A stretch of 64,000 bases of DNA from Octopus vulgaris. Taxonomy: Eukaryota. Numbering within the stretch: position 1 is the stretch's first letter; every line of letters begins with the position of its first letter. A model generated the notes under the pieces. That model was not told the DNA's origin and ran no database searches. It worked only from the letters and a program-made list of their open reading frames with translations. The position numbers and the translations under genes were made by a program. Positions 53,903-64,000 of this stretch are shown in pieces. The DNA lies in assembly GCA_951406725.2 (NCBI GenBank), contig OX597842.1, positions 558,001 to 622,000 on the forward strand, given 5' to 3'.

Positions 53903-54404
53903 TTTATTTCAGGTATGTTGCCACAAATTTTTTATAGTTATTATTTTTAGTGATTAATTCATATTTGCTACAAATTTTTCAACAAATTCACTGCAGTAAC
54001 CCTTTAAATTCACCAAAAGAACGTTTCTACAAATTTACTAGCTGAAAATATCTACAAATTTGCTACAAGCTTGCTTCCAACTTTCCTTATATTTGCTACA
54101 AATTTTCTATAGTTATTTTTTTCATTAATTAGCTCATATTTAGGGTAAGCTTTTCTCCTAATTAACTACATTTGCACCTTAAATTCTCTACAAGAAAATT
54201 TCTTCAAATTTGCTACAAAAAAATTTCTACAAATTTGCTACAAGAAACTTTTTACAAATTTACTACAAAAAAATTTCTACAAATTGGCTACAAGAAACTT
54301 TTTACAAATTTACTACAAAAAAATTTCTACAAATTGGCTACAAGCTTGCTCCCAAAGTTTCCATATATTTGCTACAAATTTTCTATTTTCGTATAAATTT
54401 ACTT

Positions 54405-55296
54405 TTTTTTTCTTTTTTGATTTGTTTCGGTCATTTGACTGCGGCGAAGCTGGAGCACCACTTTTAGTTGAGCAAATCGACCTCAGGACTTATTCTTTGT
54501 ATGCCTAGTACTTATTCTATCGGGCTCCTTTGCCGAACCGCTAAGTTACGGGAACGTAAGCACACCAGCATTGTTTGTCAAGCGATGTTGGGGGGGGGGG
54601 GAACAAACACATACACACATATATATTGTTGTTGTGTTATTGTGACCCTCTTCGGTCATGACTGACCATGGGATTGCACCTAGAAAGTTACCCTCCGAGG
54701 CACAAGTCCAGGCAAGGTTGTTCATGGAAGACCAGCAGTTGCCCATGCATACCAGCCTCCTCTCTTCGTGCCACTGATGTTATCCAAAGTAAAGGCAAAG
54801 GGGCCGATACAGCTTGGCACCAGTGACGTCACAGCTCATTTATTAACGTGCAAAGGGCAGAGCACACTACAGACACGTGTACCCTTAATGTAGTTCTTGG
54901 GGAGATTCAGCATGACACAGAGTGTGACAAGGCTGGCCCTTTGAAATACAGGTACAGCAGAAACAGGAAGAAAGAGTGAGAGAAAGTTGTGGAGAAAACG
55001 TACATGGAGCTTTAGGTGTTTTCGCTCAATAAACATACACAATGTCCAGTCTGGGAATCGAAACTGCGATCCTACGACCGCGAGTCCACTGCCCTAACCA
55101 CTGGGCCATTGCACCTACACACACACACACATATACAGTGGTCTTCTTTCAGTTTCCGTCTACCAGATCTACTCACAAGGCTTTGGTCGGCCCGAGGCTA
55201 TAGTAGAAGGCACTTACACAAGGCGCCACGCAGTGGAACTGAACCCCGAGCCATGTGGTTGGTGAGCAAGCGTTTTACCACACAGCCACGCCTGCA
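54405..55296 (-). mobile_element. SINE A split by two nested SINE-like inserts (54626-54840 and 54840-55116)
   Basis: SINE A halves at 54405-54625 and 55117-55296; the inner 54840-55116 piece has a tRNA head (TGGCCCAGTGG, GTTTCGATTCC), body 2 and tail Y. Confidence 0.75.
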
Positions 55297-55669
55297 TATA
55301 TGTTCATTGCACATTTTCTGTAGTAATTTTTATTATTAATTAGTTCATATCTACTCCAAGCTTTTCTACAAATTAACTACAATGGCATCATAAATTCGTT
55401 ACAAAAACGTTTCTACATATTTGCTACAAGAAAGCTGCAAGCTTGCTTCCAGGTTTCTATATAATTTTCCAAATTTTCTGCAGGTCTTATATAGATTTAT
55501 AGTATATATGTTTGCCATAAATTTTCTGTAGAATTTATTTGCTTTATTACTTGGCTCAAATCTGCTACAAGATTTTCTACAAAATAATTACCTTTACAGC
55601 AAAAATTTGCTACAAGATATTTTGTACAAATTTTCGAAAGTTACGCCATAAATTTACAACAAGCTCAAG

Positions 55670-56977
55670 TGTAGGAGTGGCTGTGTGGTAAGTGGCTTGC
55701 TTACCAACCACAAGGTTCTGGATTCAGTCCCACTGCATGGCACCTTGAGCAAGTGTCTTCTACTACTATAGCCTCAGGCCGACCAAAGCTTTGTGAGTGG
55801 ATGTGGTAGACGGAAACTGAAAGAATCACGTTGTATATATGTATATATATATATACACACATATATATATACATATATATATATATATTGTCAAGCGATG
55901 TTGGGGGGACAAACACACAAACATATACACACACATGCATATATGATGGTGGTGTGTTTACGTCCCCATAACTTAGCAGTTTGGCAAAAGAGACCGATAG
56001 AATAAGTACTAGGTTTACAAAGAATAAGTCCCGGGGTCAATTTGCTCGACTAAAGTTGGTGCTCCAGCATGGCTACAGTCAAATGACTGAAACAAGTAAA
56101 AGAGTAAGCTTGCTCTCTGGTTTCTAAACATTTGTTACAAATTTTCCACAAGTTTTCTGTAAATTAGTGACATCTCTGCAACAATTTTTCTACATATTAA
56201 CTATACATAGAACATAAATTTGCATTCCAACCATGTGGTCTCAGGTTCAATCCTGCTGTGTGCCACCCTTGCGGAAGTTTCTTCAATAGATCTGTGTTGA
56301 TCAATGCGTTGTGAGTTGATTTGGCAGGTGGAAACTGAAAGAAGCCTGTTATCATATAAGTGTGTGTGTGTGTGTGTCCTTCCACACAAAATATCCTGTT
56401 TCCTATAAATTTACTGCATAGGTACATGTGTAACTGTGTGGTAAGAAGTTTGTTTCTCAATAACAAGGTTCCAGGTTCAGTCCCACTGCGTGGCATCTTG
56501 GGCAAGTGTCTTGTGAGTGGATTTCGTAGATGAAAACTGAAAGAAGCCCACTGTGTATATATACATATATATGTGTGTGTGTCTTTATATCTGTTTGTTC
56601 TGACCATCTCTTATTCTATAGACCCTGAAAGAATAAAAGGGAAAGTTGACCTTGGCACAATTTGAACTCAGTACGCAAAAATGCCACCAAGCATTTTTCC
56701 CACCATGCTAATAATTCTGCCAGATCCTCACTGCTTGATTTTATTCACTCCTTCATTATTTTATTCTTCTAGATGTTTCAGGCATTTGACTGTGGCCATG
56801 CTGGAGCACCACTTTAAAAGGTTTTAGTCAAAGAAATCGCCCCCAGGACTTATTCTCTGTAAGCCTAGTACTTATTCTATCAGTCTCTGTTGCCGAACTG
56901 CTAAGTTACGGGGACGTCAACACACCAGCATCGGTTGTCAAGCGATGTTGGGGGGACAAACACAGACACACAAACAT

Positions 56978-57025
<48 letters not shown>

Positions 57026-57202
57026 GATGATGATGATGATGATACGAAGGGCTTCTTTCAATTTCAGTCTACAAAATCCACTCACAAGGCTTTGGTCAGC
57101 CCAAGGCTATAGTAGAAGACACTTGCCCAAGGTACCACGCAGTTGGACTGAACCCAGAACCATGTGGCTGGTAACCAAGCTACTTACCACACAGCCACTC
57201 CT
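55670..57202. mobile_element. Cluster of SINE A copies (55670-56106 +, 56215-56610 +, 56765-57202 -)
   Basis: Family match. Confidence 0.8.
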
Positions 57203-57821
57203 TTGGAACATAAATTAATAATTTGTTACCATATTCCTGTTGAAATACTCCATCTTTGAAAATAATATAGAATTTAGCAAAATAATTCTGTTATTATTAA
57301 GCTGCCATTTGGAACATAAATTAACAGAAAATTTTCATGGAAGAATTTCATTTAGATCACTTTAACCCTTTAGTTACCATACTTTTGTTCAAATACATTT
57401 TCTTGATTTTTGTAATAATTTCAGAAACGATGAATATTTTAATAAAATGCTCATTATCATGAAGCTGATTGAAGGTTTTTAATTGAGAAGTCAGTCATAG
57501 GACCAAGGGCAGTCTCGGGTCAGTTGGCATCAAAAGAGTTAATCAAACATAATCAATAATCTTCCACCTAAGCAGAGCTTGTAGAGAGACAACTTCCATG
57601 CAAGCCTGCAGCAACCCAACCATTCTGGGTGTTCATTTAATCGTCTTGAAATGCTATCAGTAATTTCTTAGTTGGCAATTCAGTTTTGGCTTATTGAAGC
57701 TGCAATGTGGCTCTGATGGTCCACTGAGCCAGCAAACTCCACAAAAGTTGGAATAATGCAAACAGTTATACAACCATTTTTTCAAGAAATGTTAAGATGT
57801 TTAACAGCCACGAAATATTAA

Positions 57822-58347
57822 CCGGGTTGTTACCAACCAGTTGAAACCGGCTCTGGCTCTGAGTACAAATGTCTTGTTTTCATAAGTTTTTAATTAAAAT
57901 CTTCCACCAAACCTTAGTCACAATTTATGTTCCTAACACTAGCTTAATGATAACCAAGTTATTTTACTAAATTCTTTGTTATATTTAAAGTAATTGAAAG
58001 AAACACAGAGCATCTCAACAGAAATATGGTAACGAAAAGGGTTAAAGACAGTCAGTGAAATGTGTCTTCAATGTGCACAAGATTTGGCTGCTATTTCTAA
58101 CAACTGAAACAAAATCTGCAAATTTACCCTTTTGATACCAACCTGGCTGAAACCACCTCTGGCTCTGTAATACAAATGTCTTGTTTTCATAAGTTTTGAA
58201 TTAAAATCTTCCACCAAACCTTAGTCACAATTTATGTTCCTAACACTAGCTGAATGATAACTAAGTTATTTTACTAAATTCTTTGTTATATTTAAAGTAA
58301 TTGAAAGAAACACAGAGCATCTCAAAATAAATACAGTAACAAAAGGG
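57822..58347 (+). mobile_element. Two TTAA MITE copies (57822-58041 and 58127-58347); diverged inverted copies at ~57225-57543
   Basis: Match 38386-38839; ends AAGGG-TTAA. Confidence 0.8.
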
Positions 58348-58469
58348 TTAATGCTTTATTTTTTCTCTTCGGTCATTGGACTGTGGCCATGCTGGGGTAC
58401 TACCTTAAAAGGTTTTATAAAAAAAATCGATCCCAGTAGTTACCCTTTTTAGTTAGAGAATGTCTCACT

Positions 58470-58660
58470 TTTCTATATTTAAGAGATGAGGAATTAAGTA
58501 CATTATTTACATTATTTACATTTGATGGATATTTGTCCTCATCTTGTTTGTTGTTAACACATTTCGGCTGATATACCCTCCAGCCTTCATCAGGTGTCTT
58601 GGGGAAATTTCAAACCTGGGTTCTCGTTCCTAAGTTATTTTTTCGATATTATTATTATTA
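58470..58660 (-). mobile_element. HHR unit family H1; core at 58556-58598 with the cleavage triplet deleted
   Basis: GACAC CUGAUGA A GGCUG GAGGGUAUAU CAGCC GAAAU GUGUU (3-nt deletion compared with the 18366 copy). Confidence 0.8.
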
Positions 58661-58809
58661 TGGCATAGCGGTTAAGAGTGCAGGATTCCGAGTTCAATTC
58701 CAGGCAGTGACCTGAATAATAATAATAACATTGAAAAAAAAAAATACCATAGGAATGAGAACCTAGTTTTGAAATTTCCCCAAGAGACCTGATGAAGGTT
58801 GGAGGGTAT
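58661..58809 (+). mobile_element. tRNA-like head joined to a 3'-truncated H1 unit
   Basis: A box TGGCATAGCGG 58661-58671, B box GAGTTCAATTCC 58690-58701, (AAT)n, then H1 sequence through CTGATGA (58789-58795). Confidence 0.75.
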
Positions 58810-59157
58810 TTCTTTGAACTAAGAACCATATAGCTGAGAAGCAAAGTTCTTTAGCACACAGCTGTGTCTATAGATAGGTGTATTCAAGTAGATACATCAC
58901 TGACCAAATACAACCTTCACAAGAAATGTCCAATTAGCCAGGTAAGAATATATACGACTGTGTATGTGTGTGTGTGTATACACAGACACAAGCACACACA
59001 TACACATGTATAAACAAACAGATAGATATACAGAAACATATATATATATATATTTATATGCACACATGCTCACATGCATGTATATAAACACACACACACA
59101 TATATACTTATTTCTGTAGTTGTGTTGATAAATATACATACATACATATATATATTT

Positions 59158-59198
<41 letters not shown>

Positions 59199-59353
59199 CA
59201 CACACATACATACATATATGTATACATATACATATATACATATATCTATACAGAGATACACACACACATATATATATATATACACACACATACATACATA
59301 TATGTATACATATACATATATCTATACAGAGATACACACACACACATACACAC

Positions 59354-59397
<44 letters not shown>

Positions 59398-60524
59398 ATA
59401 TACACACACGGATATATACACATATATATACATATATACACAAACACACACATTCATATACACACATATGTACATAACTGTATACAATCACATGCATGTA
59501 TGCACAAACACACACACACACATCCACACAACACACACGCAGTGACACACAGACACACAATGGAAACCTGTAGCTAAACTAACCGAGCTTTAGACATCCT
59601 CCCGTGGGATATCAAAGTGAGTGACTTACTCGATACCAAAGTAATCCGCCTTTAATGCTTCTGGAATGATCTGTGACACACAGACAGAGGGGTGGTGGTC
59701 GTGGCGGGGTGGCAGTCATCATTGCTGTTGTGGTGGTAGTACAGTTGTCTTTTATTGTTGTTGTTGCTGTTGCTACTGTTTGTCTCAAGGTTAAGCTTGA
59801 TTGAGCCGATGATCTATGTTTAAAGGCAATCCTGACATGGCCATCACGTTTGTTATATTATACAGGCACAGTGCATCTGGGAATGGTGCTGTTGTGTTAT
59901 CTAATGTCTTTTGTTTCTTGGGCAGAGTAAGGCTGGATTTGATGAAATTTTACCTGCTATTTCTAGCGAGTTGATTAACCACTAGTGGCTTCCCTCATTT
60001 ACTTTAGAGAGAGAGGGGAGGAAGTGAGGAAGAGGTGAACTGAGAGAGTGGGTGCAAGGGAGAGAGAGAGAGGGAAGAAGACTTAGAGGAGAGCATGAGA
60101 GGGAGGGGGACTCTAAAAGTGAAGGGGAAAATCTGAAAGTGAAAGTGAAACTAAAGAGAGACAGAGAAAGACTGAGAGTTGAGGAGAGAGGGAGAAAGAG
60201 TGGGAGAGAGTAGGAGTGGAAGAAGGGAGAAAAAGAGTGAAAGAGAAATAGTGAAAGAGTTAGTGAGAAGGAAGAAAGAAAGGAAAAAGAGGAGGAGAAG
60301 CAAAGTGAAAAGTATATATATGTATATATGTGTATACACATACACACACAGACACAGACCCACACACATATATAGAGTATGAGAGGTTTAGTTCACTGGA
60401 ATTGGCTTTCCGTTAGGTTCCAAGTTATATATAGATATATATATATATATATACAGGGAAAGAGAGAGAGAGAGAGCTATAGAAGGAAAACAGTGACACA
60501 TAGGTAGATAGATAGATAGAAAGG

Positions 60525-60572
<48 letters not shown>

Positions 60573-60625
60573 CAGACAGACAGACAGATAGACAAATAGA
60601 TAGATAGTGGATAGATAAATAGAGG

Positions 60626-60665
<40 letters not shown>

Positions 60666-61806
60666 CAGATAGATAGAAAGATAGATAGATAGAAAAAGAG
60701 AGAGAGACGGAAACAATAAGAGAGAAACAAAAGTTATAGAGGATGAGAGCAATAGAGACAAAACAAGACAGTGAGAAAGAGAGAGAGAGAGAGAAAAAAA
60801 GAGAGAGAGAGAGGAAAGACAGGGTAGATGGGGCAGAACTGTGAGAAGTGATGAGAGAAAGATAGACAGAGAGAGAGAGAGAGAGAGAGGGAAGGGTAGA
60901 TAAAGAAAAAGAATGATATAGTATAGTGGGTGTGTCAGAAGTGTTGGGGTATGGGGTGGAGCAAGGGATGATTGACGGGAGGGGATAGGGAGGTGGCAGA
61001 AGGACGACAAGAGGAAGAGGGAGGTGGAGCAAGAAAAGGAACTGAAGTAGGAGGAGGAGGAGGATGAGAAGGAGGAAGATGAGGAGGAGGCGTTGTTGCT
61101 GTTCATTCAAGAAGTCAGAGGGAAATCCTGTGTTTATTTTCCATTTTCCTGTTTTTGGACATTGGTGGGGGTGGGGGTGGGAGGGATTGTGTGGTAGGGG
61201 GTGGAGGAGACTGAGGGAAGGAGGAGGAGGAGGAGGAAGAAAGTGTGTGTTTGTGTGTATTTTTGTATGTGTGTGTGTGAGAGAGTTTGTGTGTGTGTGT
61301 ATGTGTATGTATGCATGTTTGTATATGTGTTTGTAAATGTGTGTGTTTTGGCATGTGTGTGAGAGAGAGTTTATGTGTGTGTGTGTGTATGTGTGTGTGC
61401 GTATGTTTTGTGTGCATCTGTCTATGTATGTTCATGTCTATATATGTGTGTGTGTATATATATGTTTATGTATGTGTGTCTATATATTTGTGTGTGTGTG
61501 TGTGTATATGTTTGTGTGTGTGTGTTGGGGTATATGTGTTTCTGTATGCGAGTATGGAGTTAGAGTGTGTGTGTGTGTATGTGTAATGTGTGTGTGCGAT
61601 GTGTGTATGTGTATGCTGTGTAGATGTGTGTGTATTTGTATATGCATGTATATGTGAGCATGTATGTGTTTGTATCAGTGTGGATGTGTGCGTGTGTTTC
61701 TATGTGTGTGTGCATGTGTGTTCCTATGCATCTGCTCATCTATGTGCTTTTGTACATGTGTGTGTATATGTGTGGATACTTATATGTGTTTGTTGTGTAA
61801 GTGTAT

Positions 61807-61839
<33 letters not shown>

Positions 61840-62559
61840 TTTGTGTGTGTATGTGTGCATGCCTGAGAGTGTGTGTTTGCAAGTGTATGTGTGAGTTTGT
61901 GCATGTATGTGTGTTTGCATGTATGTATGTCTGTGTGCATGAGTGTGTGTGTGTATATGAGCATGTACGTATATGTATAGAAGTGCATGTATGTGTGTGT
62001 GTATGGATGTTTCTATGTATGTGTGTGTGTTTGTGTATGCATGTTTGTCTATGTGTGTGTATATGGGTGTATTCGTATGTGTATGTGCTTGGGGGGGAGT
62101 GTAGGAGGAAGAAAGAGAGAAGAGAATAGGAATAAGAGAAAGGGGGAGACAGGGAGAAGAGAGAAAGGATGAGAGTGGTGGTATGAGATAGAGAATACAC
62201 AAGAGGGAGAAAGAGAGAAAAAGGAGGGAGACAAGAGAGAAAGAGCAAGGAGAAATGGAGAGAGTGTGAAAGAGGGAGGTAATAGAAAAATGGACAGGAT
62301 CTAAGAGAGAAAGAGAGAGAGATAGGAAAGGAAGAGCAAAACAAAGGAGAGACAGAGTGAGGAGGGGAAGAGTTGGAAATAGAGGGAGTAGAGAGAGAAA
62401 AGGTAGTGTTAGTGAGTAAGAGGGGTGAGAGAGACAGTGATAGAGTGAAACAGACAGAGGGAGTGAAAAAGAGAAGAAGGGGAGAGAGAGAGAGATAGTG
62501 AAAGATAGAGAGAGATGTTTGAATATGAGAGTGGTAGTAAGGGTTGGAGGAAAGAAGTA

Positions 62560-62694
62560 GATGTGGTTAGTAGTTTGTTCCCTAACCACATGGTTCTGGG
62601 TTCAGTCCCACTGCATGGCACCTTCAACAAGTGTCTTCTGCTATAGCCTTAGATTGCTTTGTGAGTGAATTTGGTAGCTGGAAACTGAAAGAAA

Positions 62695-62735
<41 letters not shown>

Positions 62736-62895
62736 TGAAGGGCACAGCTGTGGTTATGTGGTAAGGAGCTTGCTTCCCAACCACATGGTTCCGGATTTAT
62801 TCCCACTGGGTGACTCCTTGGACAATTGTTGTCTACTGTAGCTTCAGGCCAACCAAACCCTTGTGTGTGGATCTGGTAGACAGAAACTCAAAAAG

Positions 62896-62905
<10 letters not shown>
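62560..62905 (+). mobile_element. Two SINE A 5' halves
   Basis: Family match; each ends in (TA)n. Confidence 0.8.
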
Positions 62906-62941
<36 letters not shown>

Positions 62942-62944
<3 letters not shown>

Positions 62945-63238
62945 CGTGACGCATATTTGCCATTTGAATATGGCTTACCCATAAGGGTGGATGCTACTGT
63001 AGTTTGTAGCCCCAGGAAGATATCTCCTCCAGCTGGTTATAGACACACTATCTGTGTCCTCTCAGTATTTGTGAAGGGGAGTCATCCTCCCCGTCTTCAA
63101 CACATGATACACACGTACCCGAGTTTCAAGGTGTTTACCTTTCATCAGCGTGTGACAATCATGGTTGTCGATGAGAAGTCAAATCCCTTCACAAATACAT
63201 ACTTTTTCCAGTGTCGATTGACACTGATATTGAAAAAG

Positions 63239-63240
<2 letters not shown>
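62942..63240 (-). mobile_element. Structured ~300-nt HHR element in (TA)n (family H4, retrozyme-like)
   Basis: Complex-sequence island between pure (TA)n runs; multiple inverted repeats; intact hammerhead. Confidence 0.8.
63097..63167 (-). ncRNA. Intact type I hammerhead ribozyme with extended stem I
   Basis: CAAC CAUGAU UGU CACACG CUGAUGA AAGGU AAAC ACCUU GAAAC UCGG GUA CGUGUG U AUCAUG U GUUG. Confidence 0.9.

Positions 63241-64000
<760 letters not shown>

Larger units (their letters stand above)
51660..56220. repeat. CTACAAATTT-rich satellite-like region with ~113-bp units and many nested insertions
   Basis: CTACAAATTAACTACATTTACATC unit repeats at ~51731, ~52031 and ~52145 and continues degenerately. 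Confidence 0.8.

Noticed and set aside
58661-58712. tRNA gene
   Set aside because: A and B boxes are present but no anticodon arm or acceptor stem can be formed; treated as a SINE head.

Overview
AT-rich animal genomic DNA that is almost entirely microsatellites and transposon debris. The SINE/LINE mix suggests a coleoid cephalopod such as Octopus (inference). No host protein-coding exon can be supported, and nearly all listed ORFs are translations of microsatellites. Recognisable protein remnants are R4/Dong-type non-LTR retrotransposon pieces sitting in (AAT)n, an RTE-clade LINE C-terminus whose 3' UTR occurs in many copies, and DD34D mariner fragments. Also present are several tRNA-headed SINE families, TTAA MITEs, Helentron-like elements and one Helitron. 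The main hidden signal is a set of type I hammerhead ribozymes (HHRs) carried by four different short non-coding element families that sit in microsatellites. The best is an intact HHR with an extended stem I inside a highly structured ~300-nt element at 62942-63240. There is also a tandem HHR pair 227 nt apart (18.3-18.7 kb) and an HHR unit joined to a tRNA-like Pol III head (58.5-58.8 kb). All full-length cores, intact or mutated, lie on the minus strand. A decayed HDV-like ribozyme fold is a weaker candidate. All folds were made by eye and are untested.
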